Under the pieces are notes generated by a model. The model searched no databases, was not told where the DNA came from, and saw nothing but the letters and a program-made list of their open reading frames with translations. Positions 9,719-19,368 of a DNA stretch of 52,881 nt are shown here, in pieces (position 1 is the stretch's first letter; each line of letters opens with the position of its first letter). A program made the translations under genes and the position numbers. Source of the stretch: a virus (Duplodnaviria; Caudoviricetes); the IMG/VR virus record IMGVR_UViG_3300020446_000014, positions 1 through 52,881 of that record; one strand, 5' to 3'.

Positions 9719-10786
9719 ATGCCAGATAATAATAAGATAATTTTAGGTACAAATGATGATACTTATATTGCTGCAGATGATGCAGGAAATATAATATTAC
9801 AACACGAGGGAGGAAATAGAGTTTCTATGTCCAATACCTCTATAACTCCTGCTAGTAATGAGCAGATAGACTTAGGGTCTTCAACAAATAAATTTAGAGA
9901 TTTATATATATCTTCTAATTCTTTATTTGTAGGAAATACAAAAATATCAGCTGATCCAACTACGGGCGAATTAACTTCTGCTGTAGCAAATAATCAAGGA
10001 GTATTTGGAGCACCAGCAGCAATTGGAGGCGCTGATACTAGTAATTTAAATAATCCACAAGAAACATTGCTAGCTGTATGGAAGGGAGGAACTGCTTTAG
10101 GAGGAGATAATCCAACTACATTTCAGTTTGAAAATAATGCTGGAACGAATATTCCTAGCCCAATTATAGGTCATGCAACCGGTACAATAAATGGACCTGG
10201 AGGAATAGCTATTAATCATCCACTGCTTCAAACAAGAGTGCGATATGGTTCTAGTTATACTAATGTACCACTAGGAAATGCTACGCTTAAACTTAAAAAT
10301 AAAGGAAATATTCCATCTGGACAATTTATGTATGATGATGGTAATACTCCTAGTACTCCTGGTTATAGTATAAATCCTAATTTTGATCATTTAAAATTAG
10401 TTTATTATGAAGAAGGAATGGAAGGAGGATTTCCATTTTCAGGAACACCCACATATAATTATTACTGGAGAGTATTAGATGCAAACGGAAATGATGTTAA
10501 TTTATGGGATGGAGTTGATTTTTTCGCTTATAGTCCATTAGCTAATTTACAGTTTGGTCACAACTCAGATCCAGGTGGTTGGGGATTCCTAGATGTAGTT
10601 GTTAGAAATGCGACTGATCCTACTTGGGAATTGTATGAATCAACTAATCAAGTTGAAATTGAAGGAAGTATAAAAATTAAAGGAGAACCATATTCTAGTC
10701 AAGGAGTATTAATAAAAGACAACGCTGGTAGTTATAGAAGAATAACAGTAGATACAGTAGGTAATGTAAGTAGTGTATTAGTATAA
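9719..10786 (+). CDS. Putative tail fibre protein
   Basis: IDLGSSTNKFRDLY fibre-type motif; C-terminal RRITVDTVGN motif. Confidence 0.65.
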   Translation: MPDNNKIILGTNDDTYIAADDAGNIILQHEGGNRVSMSNTSITPASNEQIDLGSSTNKFRDLYISSNSLFVGNTKISADPTTGELTSAVANNQGVFGAPAAIGGADTSNLNNPQETLLAVWKGGTALGGDNPTTFQFENNAGTNIPSPIIGHATGTINGPGGIAINHPLLQTRVRYGSSYTNVPLGNATLKLKNKGNIPSGQFMYDDGNTPSTPGYSINPNFDHLKLVYYEEGMEGGFPFSGTPTYNYYWRVLDANGNDVNLWDGVDFFAYSPLANLQFGHNSDPGGWGFLDVVVRNATDPTWELYESTNQVEIEGSIKIKGEPYSSQGVLIKDNAGSYRRITVDTVGNVSSVLV

Positions 10787-10810
10787 TCAATAGCATTAAA
10801 AATTAAAAAT

Positions 10811-11035
10811 ATGACAATAGACGAAGCTAACGCAAGAGATGAGGCAAAATGGTGGGCTAATTTTAGAGCTCAAAGAAATGCAAAGTTAAAAAGTAGTGAC
10901 TGGACACAAGGCGCTGATGTACCTGATAGTATAAAAACACCTTATGCTGTTTATAGGCAGGAACTTAGAGATGCTCCAGTGAATTCTTCAACGGAGAATG
11001 GAAAAATAGTATGGCCAACTGAGCCATCAATATAA
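10811..11035 (+). CDS. Phage tail assembly chaperone
   Basis: RAQRNAKLKSSDWTQ..D.P...YRQELRD.P...WPTEP signature. Confidence 0.85.
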   Translation: MTIDEANARDEAKWWANFRAQRNAKLKSSDWTQGADVPDSIKTPYAVYRQELRDAPVNSSTENGKIVWPTEPSI

Positions 11036-11041
11036 ATAATT

Positions 11042-11067
11042 AAGGGGCTTTGCGGCCCCTTTTTTTT
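11042..11067. terminator. Intrinsic terminator between convergent operons
   Basis: AAGGGGC-TTTGCG-GCCCCTT followed by a T run, at the junction of the + structural and - nrdA units. Confidence 0.85.
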
Positions 11068-12808
11068 ATCCATCACACGATATGCAATCAGGATTCATAG
11101 CGTTTGCGGCTATATCACCGCGAAGTACAGATTCTGTTCTCATATAATATAAGGTTTTTATACCTCGTTTCCATGCTTCTAAATGTACTTTATTAATCCA
11201 TTTAGGTTCAGCAACAGAAGGAAACGCTAAATTTAAACTTACAGATTGATCTATATAATCTTGTCTTATACCTGCTTGACCTATTAATTCTAATTGATTT
11301 ATTTCTTTAAATGTTTTAAATACATTTTTTACAGGCTCACCATCTTCTTCGGTAAGTCTTCCTGAGTGATCGTAATACCATCCATCGAGTTTTTTAATTC
11401 CTTGAACGGATCCACCGTCTTCCAAAATTTTATCCCAAGTTTCTTTATTGTCGATTCCAATTTTTCTTAATATTTTTTTAAGTTCTTTATTTTTTCTAAT
11501 AAATGTTCCCTTAGCTGATTGTTCAGTAAACACATTAGCCGCCCAAGGTTCAATACCAGGTGATACATTACCCGATAGCTTACTATTTGAAACCGTTGGA
11601 GCTATTGATCTTAAATGTGTATTTCTAAAACCTGTACCAACACACCATAAAGGTTCACCATATATTTCAGCTAAAGCTCTTGAAGCTCTTTCAGTTTCAA
11701 TTTTTATTTTTGAAAATATTTCCCGCGTTTTGAATTGCGCTAATAAACCTTCGAAAGCTATTCCCTTTTTCTGTAATAGGCTGTGCCACCCAAGGACACC
11801 TAATCCAAGTGCCCTCCCTTTTTCCGCACTGCGTACAGAGTTCTCGAATCCCTTCATATTCTTTGCTCGTTGAATAAATTCTTCCAGCACACCGTCCAGG
11901 AACCAAGTTGCGTCGTAAATTAAATTCGTATTCTTCCATTCGTCGTATTTATCTAAATTTAAAGATGACAAGCAACAAACAAATGAATGTGACTCGTCAG
12001 TATGTAATGTTATTTCACTACATATGTTTGTCATATGAACTTTAAGTCCATTTGACTTATACGCTTTTGGGTTACTTTTGTTTGTATTTCCCTTAAATAA
12101 GATATAAGGTTCTCCAGTTGCTTTACGTTTCTGGAGTAGCTTACCCCACTTTCTTCTAGCGTCTTTATCTCCTCTATCAAGTTTTCGCATAAACTTGTCG
12201 CCGACCACAGCGCACTGGTGGAGATTGAGGGATTGTCTATTGACATCGCCTTTCGGTTCTCTGATCTCCAACCATTCTTCAAAGTCGGAATGATCAATAT
12301 TGATATTAACTGATGCAGCTCCTCTGCGGACAGATCCTTGATTAGTGGCGAGTATTGTTGAATCATAGATTTTGCAAAAAGGCACCACGCCGTCACTTGT
12401 TCCATTACCTGTAATTTTAGCTCCAGCGGGTCTAATCATATTAACTCCTATTCCAACACCGCCGCCATGCTTGGCTAAGAGCATCATTTCTAAATTTTTA
12501 TTCCCTATATCTTGTATACTATCTGCAACATCAATACCAAAACAACTAATAGGCAAACCTCTGTCTGTGCCTGTATTAGACAACACTGGTGAAGCTAAAC
12601 ACAACCAACCATCCCATATGTACTGGAAAAATTTATCGGCCATTTCAGGCTTATATAAACGCCTCGCAACAGTTTTTGCAACACGCATATACGCTTCTTT
12701 AGGTGACTCACCGTTGTATAAATAACCACCAGCTATTGTTTTTTTATAGACATCTGTATCTCCCCATACAGGATAGTCTTCACCTTTTTTCCAGTTACTA
12801 TTCCACAT
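11066..12808 (-). CDS. nrdA: Ribonucleotide reductase class I alpha subunit (short, no ATP cone)
   Basis: PISCF, TNICSEI, IAPTVSNS, KTLYY motifs and C-terminal CISC pair. Confidence 0.95.
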   Translation of the reverse strand: MWNSNWKKGEDYPVWGDTDVYKKTIAGGYLYNGESPKEAYMRVAKTVARRLYKPEMADKFFQYIWDGWLCLASPVLSNTGTDRGLPISCFGIDVADSIQDIGNKNLEMMLLAKHGGGVGIGVNMIRPAGAKITGNGTSDGVVPFCKIYDSTILATNQGSVRRGAASVNINIDHSDFEEWLEIREPKGDVNRQSLNLHQCAVVGDKFMRKLDRGDKDARRKWGKLLQKRKATGEPYILFKGNTNKSNPKAYKSNGLKVHMTNICSEITLHTDESHSFVCCLSSLNLDKYDEWKNTNLIYDATWFLDGVLEEFIQRAKNMKGFENSVRSAEKGRALGLGVLGWHSLLQKKGIAFEGLLAQFKTREIFSKIKIETERASRALAEIYGEPLWCVGTGFRNTHLRSIAPTVSNSKLSGNVSPGIEPWAANVFTEQSAKGTFIRKNKELKKILRKIGIDNKETWDKILEDGGSVQGIKKLDGWYYDHSGRLTEEDGEPVKNVFKTFKEINQLELIGQAGIRQDYIDQSVSLNLAFPSVAEPKWINKVHLEAWKRGIKTLYYMRTESVLRGDIAANAMNPDCISCDG

Positions 12809-13016
12809 TAGTTTTTTTCTTTTTATTATTCATTTCTTTCGAAATATCTTTCTGTAAATCTTCCAGTGCTTTTTCGTACCCGTCAAATTTCTTCACTAGG
12901 CTCATCGTCCCAATAGATAAATCTCTGAGATTGTTCATTTCGTTTATTATTTGTTGTACGTTTTGGCCCAGAACTTCTATCCTGTTCCACATTTCTATTA
13001 GTTTGCTTTCTTTCAT
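12798..13016 (-). CDS. Hypothetical coiled-coil protein
   Basis: 72-aa ORF coupled to both neighbours. Confidence 0.65.
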   Translation of the reverse strand: MKESKLIEMWNRIEVLGQNVQQIINEMNNLRDLSIGTMSLVKKFDGYEKALEDLQKDISKEMNNKKKKTNVE

Positions 13017-13276
13017 TATGCATTAAAATAATATATTATATAACCTATTATAACGTTTAAATTAACTATTACTAAATTCCATTGCTTAGCCAACCAAACT
13101 TGTGGTAATGCTAATGCTCCACCTATTATATAGGTGTAAATACCCATATCACCATAAGAAAGTAAATATGGAGACATCATAATAAACGCTGCCCCCATAT
13201 ACCCTAATCTATTAGATAATCTTTCTAACGGTGAAAGTCTACGAGGCTTTACTAGATTTTTTAAGTATTTTTTCAT
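13016..13276 (-). CDS. Small 3-TM membrane protein (possible PnuC/PQ-loop-like half transporter)
   Basis: Three hydrophobic segments and an ALPQV motif. Confidence 0.55.
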   Translation of the reverse strand: MKKYLKNLVKPRRLSPLERLSNRLGYMGAAFIMMSPYLLSYGDMGIYTYIIGGALALPQVWLAKQWNLVIVNLNVIIGYIIYYFNA

Positions 13277-13385
13277 TATTTAAATAAGGATAAAGATGTT
13301 CTTTTTCCCAATGCATTCTGTATTCATAACCATCAGGAAATTGTTCATCACATTGACTACATTTAATTATATTTTTTTTTACCAT
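13239..13385 (-). CDS. 48-aa C2H2 zinc-finger protein, not in the ORF track
   Basis: MVKKNIIKCSQCDEQFPDGYEYRMHWEKEH...: C-x2-C-x3-F-x5-Y-x2-H-x4-H; start overlaps the nrdB stop. Confidence 0.65.
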   Translation of the reverse strand: MVKKNIIKCSQCDEQFPDGYEYRMHWEKEHLYPYLNNEKILKKSSKAS

Positions 13386-14347
13386 ATATCCTCAAAATCT
13401 TCTCCTTCGTTTGCTTTAGAATAATCAGTAGGCCTAACTGCAAAGAAATCAGTGTGAGTATGACCACCGGTAAGATGATAAAACCAATCGAGATTGCTTG
13501 CTGATTTTTCTTTAAAAGCAAAGTACCCCCCGAGGTCGAGGTAGCCAAGTTCTGATAACTTTTCATTAAGTCTTTTTCTAATAAATTGTTTAAGATCGTC
13601 GGCTTTAAGGTTTTCAATATCACCTTGTTCGAACATTTTATCAATGTATCGCTCTTCTGCTTCAAGCATTGTTTCTGCTGCTTTAATAACATCTTCTCTA
13701 CAATCTTCTAATAATGTTTTATTTTCTTGACACATATGTCTAAATAATTGACAACCCATTCTACTATGTAATGATTCATCTCTTACAGACCATTTCATTT
13801 GTTGTCCAATACCCTTGAGTAAATTACGTAATTGGAAGCTATAAAGAACAGCAAAAGCAGAATAGAGACTAACTCCCTCTGCGAATGCACTAAATATTGC
13901 CAATGATCTACCAATACCCACGGGATCGTTACCATCGTAAGCAACGAGATTATCAAATCTATCAGCCGTTGTCGGCTCATGTAAAAATGCTTCAAAGTTT
14001 TCAAGTCCTAAAGTTTCGTTTAAATAACTATATGCAACCGCATGAATAGTTTCTTGTGATCCAAACATCATTGCCATTTGTTGTATTTCATGCTTCGGAA
14101 ACCATGATACAACTTTTTGTGTCCAGTAATCAGACACCGCACACTCTGTTTGCGCAAAACCCAGTAAAATATTTCCAACCAAGTTTTTCTCTGAGTCTGT
14201 AAGCTTTTCGTTCCAATCCTTGACATCACCTGACATTGGTATCTCGGTATGTAACCAGAACGCTTGAGCTTGTTTAAGCCATCCCTCAGTATAGTATTCG
14301 GGGTATTCAAATGGTTTATACGGTATTCTTTCATCAAATAATCCCAT
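13379..14347 (-). CDS. nrdB: Ribonucleotide reductase class I beta subunit
   Basis: Start reassigned to MGLFDERI (14347); ETIHAVAY, EGVSLYSAF, RDESLH, DFF.VRPTDY motifs. Confidence 0.95.
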   Translation of the reverse strand: MGLFDERIPYKPFEYPEYYTEGWLKQAQAFWLHTEIPMSGDVKDWNEKLTDSEKNLVGNILLGFAQTECAVSDYWTQKVVSWFPKHEIQQMAMMFGSQETIHAVAYSYLNETLGLENFEAFLHEPTTADRFDNLVAYDGNDPVGIGRSLAIFSAFAEGVSLYSAFAVLYSFQLRNLLKGIGQQMKWSVRDESLHSRMGCQLFRHMCQENKTLLEDCREDVIKAAETMLEAEERYIDKMFEQGDIENLKADDLKQFIRKRLNEKLSELGYLDLGGYFAFKEKSASNLDWFYHLTGGHTHTDFFAVRPTDYSKANEGEDFEDIW

Positions 14348-14496
14348 TATATTTTTTCTATTTCTATGCATAAATCTACAAAAGGTAGATAAAACACGTG
14401 TTGTACATAATCTTTTTCTACATAAGATCTCATACCAAGCAATATACCTGGATATAGTCCTATAGTTATTTCCCAATTATCTGGAACTAATCTCAT
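14347..14496 (-). CDS. Hypothetical protein, 49 aa (MRLVPDNWEITIGLYPGILLG...HVFYLPFVD)
   Basis: Complete ORF with TAATG coupling to nrdB; explains the spurious N-terminal extension in the track. Confidence 0.65.
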   Translation of the reverse strand: MRLVPDNWEITIGLYPGILLGMRSYVEKDYVQHVFYLPFVDLCIEIEKI

Positions 14497-14627
14497 TTGC
14501 CTTGACCTTTATAAAGTTTAACATAATTTTTACTGGTTTTTAATTTAGATGTTTTGCTTTTAGCGTGCACACCTTTTCTTTTTATTTTCTTTTTTTGTGT
14601 ATAATTACTTATTATATTTTTAGCCAT
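14493..14627 (-). CDS. Small Lys-rich protein, 44 aa, ending KLYKGQGK
   Basis: MAKNIISNYTQKKKIKRKGVHAKSKTSKLKTSKNYVKLYKGQGK; ATGA overlap with the next gene. Confidence 0.65.
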   Translation of the reverse strand: MAKNIISNYTQKKKIKRKGVHAKSKTSKLKTSKNYVKLYKGQGK

Positions 14628-14793
14628 AACATTTTATATTATACTGATCATGTATTTCAACAAGTTCTTTATATTTTAAATACCCTCTGTTCTCAATCGT
14701 CCATTTAATCCATTTTTCTATCTGGCGATTGGCATAATGCTTTCTAGCTATTTGTTTCGCATCTCCTTTATTATGCCTATTACTCTGTCGCAT
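14620..14793 (-). CDS. Hypothetical protein, 57 aa
   Basis: MRQSNRHNKGDAKQIARKHYANRQIEKWIKW...; fills the gap and overlaps the 3' end of the nuclease gene. Confidence 0.45.
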   Translation of the reverse strand: MRQSNRHNKGDAKQIARKHYANRQIEKWIKWTIENRGYLKYKELVEIHDQYNIKCYG

Positions 14794-15197
14794 TCTTTTT
14801 GATTTTGTGGTTTAAATAAAACGTAATCAGGAAATTGTTCAGAAACTAATCTTTTAAATAATTTCCATCTTATAGGAAACGATTCATTTGCTCTACCTTT
14901 TGTTTCTATTATAAAGTCGTCTCCTATAAAATCTGGTGTATATTTTATAGGTAATATTCTTTTACCTCCTCTATTAACTAATTCACCCTTTCCATTGGCT
15001 TGTCTTTCAAAAGATTGATTAGCTAAATGAAAACCGTTTATTAAAACAAATGTTTCACCTTCGTATTTAGCTTTTATCTTATGTTTTTTTAAAGCCATAT
15101 ACATATAGCGCTCAAGACCAGAAGCAAAGTTAACACCATCATAAGATATTTTCTTTGCTGTTACTGGACCTCTTTTTCTTTTAATTTTCTTGCGCAT
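14748..15197 (-). CDS. PD-(D/E)XK endonuclease (T7 endonuclease I/DUF1064-like resolvase)
   Basis: FASGLE, YTPDF and IIETKG motifs. Confidence 0.85.
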   Translation of the reverse strand: MRKKIKRKRGPVTAKKISYDGVNFASGLERYMYMALKKHKIKAKYEGETFVLINGFHLANQSFERQANGKGELVNRGGKRILPIKYTPDFIGDDFIIETKGRANESFPIRWKLFKRLVSEQFPDYVLFKPQNQKECDRVIGIIKEMRNK

Positions 15198-15408
15198 CCC
15201 TTACATAACATTCTTCAATCTCATCACGTAAAACCATTCGTGCTTTTTCAAGATAGTTAACAGCATCCATAAGTTCTTCTTGTAGGTGCTGTAGCCATGT
15301 GTCTAGTGGTTGCTCATCATCAGCTAAAGTAACTTTATATTTTTTATAGCCAACGTCAGAACGTGATTTAATTTTATTAATTACTTGTTCAATTATTCTA
15401 TCTCTCAT
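15181..15408 (-). CDS. Small all-alpha protein, possibly NTP-pyrophosphatase-related
   Basis: GYKKY..TL...WLQHLQEELMDA..YLEK motif. Confidence 0.6.
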   Translation of the reverse strand: MRDRIIEQVINKIKSRSDVGYKKYKVTLADDEQPLDTWLQHLQEELMDAVNYLEKARMVLRDEIEECYVRDAQEN

Positions 15409-16187
15409 AATGTATCTTTTACAAATGTTCCATCAATCATTCTACCAGTTCTATCAAAAATTTCATCATAAGCAGACTGAATACAGCTTTCAATGTCATA
15501 TCCGACCAATTTTGAGAGATTTGTAAGTACAACAACACTATCACCAATAGCGTCAATAATACCATTTTTATCGCCTTCAAGTATTGCTTTGGCGAGTTCT
15601 CCTGTTTCTTCATATAATTTAATTAATTGTGTCTTTGGATCACCTTCTTTATATATCCCTCGCTCATCTGCCCAGCTTCTAATAAGATCAAATATCTCTA
15701 CCTTATCATAAGTAGGTTTTGCTAAAAAAGCTTCATAATAAGCTTTATTATAAATAAAACAACGGTCATTGTTGTACATGGATGGCTTCACATTTGCTAG
15801 TATCCATTTTTTTGTTTCATTATTTATTTGAAACTCGCCAAGACTTGTTTTCCAAGATAGACCATCATTTTGATCTAATACCATTTCTAAGTCTTGTTTC
15901 TCACAATTAAACGTCGAGGTTTGTTCTGTGGGGTTAACTTTCATAGATTTAAGTTTTATTAAATTAGTATATAATTGTCTATCAACTTTATAGCCGTAGA
16001 ACTTTTGCAATTGTCTTTCCATCCAAGATGTTTTATCTACATTTCTTGATGAAAAAAGAATATCATATTCGTCTTTATTATATCCCTGTTCACTTTCAAC
16101 GCGTTTATTTAAATTACACGTCATTCCTATTTTTTGACCTGGAATGTGATAAATATAATATATTTTTTTATTGGTAGATTTTATCAT
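15405..16187 (-). CDS. GIY-YIG-like N-terminus fused to a MazG-like nucleotide pyrophosphohydrolase
   Basis: N-terminal YYIY..KIGMT.NLNKR; C-terminal KLYEETGELAKA...DAIGD..VVL. Confidence 0.75.
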   Translation of the reverse strand: MIKSTNKKIYYIYHIPGQKIGMTCNLNKRVESEQGYNKDEYDILFSSRNVDKTSWMERQLQKFYGYKVDRQLYTNLIKLKSMKVNPTEQTSTFNCEKQDLEMVLDQNDGLSWKTSLGEFQINNETKKWILANVKPSMYNNDRCFIYNKAYYEAFLAKPTYDKVEIFDLIRSWADERGIYKEGDPKTQLIKLYEETGELAKAILEGDKNGIIDAIGDSVVVLTNLSKLVGYDIESCIQSAYDEIFDRTGRMIDGTFVKDTL

Positions 16188-16587
16188 ATTTAGCTACAAC
16201 AAAAATTGACTCAGCGTTTTCAGATATTCCAAATCCAACTTTACTTATATCAGGATAAATCATTTGGTAAAATGGAACTCTATTGTCATCTTCTGATAAT
16301 GTCCAGTGAACTACTGCATCTAATATATAATTAACTTGTTGATTATAATATTCTTTATCTAAAGCATATATAGTTTCACCATATAAATCATCTTCGTGAG
16401 TGAAATTATTAGTTGCTGCTATATGATTTGCCCAAGCTTGTGCTTTGTTAGATAATTCTTTATCATAAGATAGTAAATCTAAATTATAATAACTTCTTAT
16501 ATTGTTTTGAAAATTTAACGCAGTAAAATATTCTACCTGCGCATTTATAAAAATTGGAAATAATAAAATTAAAATTAGTTTTTTCAT
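16168..16587 (-). CDS. Exported CAP/SCP-domain protein
   Basis: Signal peptide MKKLILILLFPIFINA; N..R...L..L.YD.EL...AQ.WA, GET, KVGFG and VVAKY motifs. Confidence 0.75.
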   Translation of the reverse strand: MKKLILILLFPIFINAQVEYFTALNFQNNIRSYYNLDLLSYDKELSNKAQAWANHIAATNNFTHEDDLYGETIYALDKEYYNQQVNYILDAVVHWTLSEDDNRVPFYQMIYPDISKVGFGISENAESIFVVAKYDKIYQ

Positions 16588-17405
16588 GTTGATAGTTTTG
16601 CTTTAATTGGTTTATTATATTTATAATTATTTAATTTAATTTCATCCGGTTCAGGGATGTATGTATAATTACCTTTTCCTCTTAGTGTTATTCCATAAGG
16701 TATTTTTAATTGCGGTAATTCAAAGGTAGACCTTTCTAATTGAATTTTTGCAGCTTCAATATGATTATTATATAAATGACAATCACCTAAGCTAGCAATC
16801 AATTGTTTAGGTTTATACCCGCTGCCTTTTGCGAGCAACTCTAGTAACAAGCCATACATTACTATATCATAAGGCAAACCGAGAAATATGTCAGCAGATC
16901 TTTGCTGCCACATTAAACTCATCTCGCCATTAACACAATAGACTTGAAAACCGTGATGACAAGGAGGCAATACCATATCATCAAGCTCACCAACGTTCCA
17001 CGCACTAACCATAAGTCTGCGCGAGGATGGATTATCTTGAATTTGCTGAAGTAAGGTGAACAACTGATCATTATTACCCCAACGACGCCACTGCTTGCCA
17101 TATACGGGACCCAGTGTACCATCGGTTCTACCCGATCGCTTATAATCTGCATCCCAATACTTAACATTGTGAGTATGCAAATAATCAAGATCTGTACGCC
17201 CGGATAATATCCATAATAACTCTGCAACAGCTTTTTCAAAATATATTTTTTTAGTTGTTAAAATAGGAAAGCCAAGAGCCATATCGTGTCTAAGCATTCT
17301 ACCAAATACAGCACGTGTTCCTGTGCCTGTGCGATCTGGTTTTTCAGTTCCTCCATGCAAGACTCCTGACAATAATCCTAAATATTCATTTTCTATGTTT
17401 ATCAT
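16584..17405 (-). CDS. thyA: Thymidylate synthase
   Basis: DRTGTGT, LGPVYGKQWR, LPPCH, QRSAD.FLGLP, GDCHLY; probable start MINIENEY at 17405. Confidence 0.95.
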   Translation of the reverse strand: MINIENEYLGLLSGVLHGGTEKPDRTGTGTRAVFGRMLRHDMALGFPILTTKKIYFEKAVAELLWILSGRTDLDYLHTHNVKYWDADYKRSGRTDGTLGPVYGKQWRRWGNNDQLFTLLQQIQDNPSSRRLMVSAWNVGELDDMVLPPCHHGFQVYCVNGEMSLMWQQRSADIFLGLPYDIVMYGLLLELLAKGSGYKPKQLIASLGDCHLYNNHIEAAKIQLERSTFELPQLKIPYGITLRGKGNYTYIPEPDEIKLNNYKYNKPIKAKLST

Positions 17406-17667
17406 AATAAAATTTACACATTCTATAATATTCGATCCATATTGTATTAGCATCATAAATACTAGGTGCAATATGTATTTTTTCTCCTTTTTTATATGGG
17501 CCTAATGAAATACCTATTTTCCATTTTTTCTTTTCACCGTTAATACCCAATGGCGATATTCTAATATTGTTTTGAACACAAAAATCCCGCCATTTAGTTT
17601 CTTCTTCATTTGGTAAATATATTGGCATACCTTCATTTTTCTTTTTGCTTTTTAAACCGCTTCCCAT
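17386..17667 (-). CDS. Hypothetical protein
   Basis: 93-aa ORF between the primase-helicase and thyA. Confidence 0.65.
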   Translation of the reverse strand: MGSGLKSKKKNEGMPIYLPNEEETKWRDFCVQNNIRISPLGINGEKKKWKIGISLGPYKKGEKIHIAPSIYDANTIWIEYYRMCKFYYDKHRK

Positions 17668-19367
17668 GGCATTACTTCATCTTTAACTTTTTCATAATGT
17701 GGTATAAAGCAACCAGACTTAGGTTCCCATTTAAAATATGCTTCAGCTCCATTCTCACCTAAATTTTGAAATTTAACTTTGAGAACTTTTGCTTTAACAG
17801 TTTTATTGTCGTAATCCCTATGAACAAGAAGACCATGATAAGAAGCATCATACCACTCACCACCTCCTTTAATATTGTACATTGTGGGTTCTTCAATTTT
17901 TCCATTAGTATCTTTATACATTTTAGTTGGATGAGCAACAATGATAACTAAAACATCATATTTTTTAGCAAATATTTCAATTTTAGTAAGATATTCCATA
18001 GTATATCTATTTACATCTTCTGTTTTAGCATCAATGTCTCTAATTTTATTAAATGGATCAATAACTAAACACTTAATCCCTTTCCGCTTTACAAGCTCAG
18101 CTCCTTTCTTTAATACAGACTCTAATGTATACCTTTCCATATCTATGAAAAAGAAATTATCATTAACGTGTCCAGCTATTGAGTTCCATTTATCTCCTCC
18201 TATATCACTTTTACGAGGCATATCTTGCCATACTTTTCTCATTAATTTATGAGCATGTAAAAATGTAGGTGCATTTTCAGGTGAGGCAAATGCTGTTTTC
18301 CAGCCATAATTTGCATTATAACCTATAACCATTTGATCAACAAAGTCAGACTTGCCAGAAGAAGGGATGCCAGTAACAGTAATAAATTGTCCGGTGTACG
18401 TTGAAAATATTTCATCAAAATTTTCCAGACCAACTTGATACCCTTTTTTAAACCCATTTTCCACAAAATCTGTAATCTCACCCTCAATATCTTTAAGGGT
18501 TGTAACGTTTTCGAGCGGTACCGGTTTTGCTTTGGTAATACACTGTACCAGTTTTTCTTTTCCATATTTTAATAAATATTCATTTGCATCTTTACAATCA
18601 TCAAAATCTGCTACATAACATACTTCTGCTCCTAACCTTCTAATTAATTCAGTTTTTAAAGCTACACCAGGTTCATCCTGATCAACAGCTATAATAACTT
18701 TATCTTTATCCGCAAAATAATCTATACAATTATCTAAATAATCTAAATTATTTGAGTTTAATGTAGCTCCATTAGGTACACTTATAACATTAGGTATACC
18801 AGCTTCATAAATGCTAAGAGCATCAATCTCGCCTTCCACAATAATACAATATTCATAACCAACAATGTTATTAATATTATAAAATATTTTTTCTGCTCCT
18901 TTATATAGTTTGAAATTTTTGCGACCATCTCTATATTTTACATTAATAAGTTCGTTACCAGCAAAATAATTGAAATGTATAGCATTTTCTTGTTTGCCAG
19001 TTTGAGGCATATACTCAGGGCCTTCAGAAACTTTTAAGGCTTCTAAAGTTTCCCGAGATATACCACGTTCACTAAACCATTTAGTAATCTTACTTCCTAA
19101 ATCCTGCTTCTTTACTTCAGGTTTAATGTAAATTTTATCTGCGTTACCTTTTCTTTGATATGTATGCAATTGAAAAGTTGAATTACAATTATGACAAGTA
19201 CCAAGACCCCGTTCCCAATCATAAGATGCACATTTGCGCTTTCTATTTTCAGGTTTTCTATCAGATGAACAAAGAGGGCAAATACCCTCTTTCTTACCTA
19301 TCTGTAGATCATATTGATTGAATGTATCAATCAAGAATCCATTGATCTCCGTATTGTTTATATTCAT
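17652..19367 (-). CDS. Primase-helicase (T7 gp4/Twinkle-like)
   Basis: Zn ribbon CPLC/CHNC, TOPRIM (IVEGEIDALS, DQDEPG, KDANE), Walker A GIPSSGKS, VIDP and AHP.K. Confidence 0.92.
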   Translation of the reverse strand: MNINNTEINGFLIDTFNQYDLQIGKKEGICPLCSSDRKPENRKRKCASYDWERGLGTCHNCNSTFQLHTYQRKGNADKIYIKPEVKKQDLGSKITKWFSERGISRETLEALKVSEGPEYMPQTGKQENAIHFNYFAGNELINVKYRDGRKNFKLYKGAEKIFYNINNIVGYEYCIIVEGEIDALSIYEAGIPNVISVPNGATLNSNNLDYLDNCIDYFADKDKVIIAVDQDEPGVALKTELIRRLGAEVCYVADFDDCKDANEYLLKYGKEKLVQCITKAKPVPLENVTTLKDIEGEITDFVENGFKKGYQVGLENFDEIFSTYTGQFITVTGIPSSGKSDFVDQMVIGYNANYGWKTAFASPENAPTFLHAHKLMRKVWQDMPRKSDIGGDKWNSIAGHVNDNFFFIDMERYTLESVLKKGAELVKRKGIKCLVIDPFNKIRDIDAKTEDVNRYTMEYLTKIEIFAKKYDVLVIIVAHPTKMYKDTNGKIEEPTMYNIKGGGEWYDASYHGLLVHRDYDNKTVKAKVLKVKFQNLGENGAEAYFKWEPKSGCFIPHYEKVKDEVMPWEAV

Positions 19368-19368
19368 A

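Noticed and set aside
14348-14476. N-terminal extension of NrdB in the ORF track
   Set aside because: It overlaps a separate 49-aa ORF that ends in a TAATG coupling at the true start.
11066-19367. Introns, inteins or stop-codon reassignment in nrdA, nrdB, thyA or the helicase
   Set aside because: All are uninterrupted and of compact length under the standard code.
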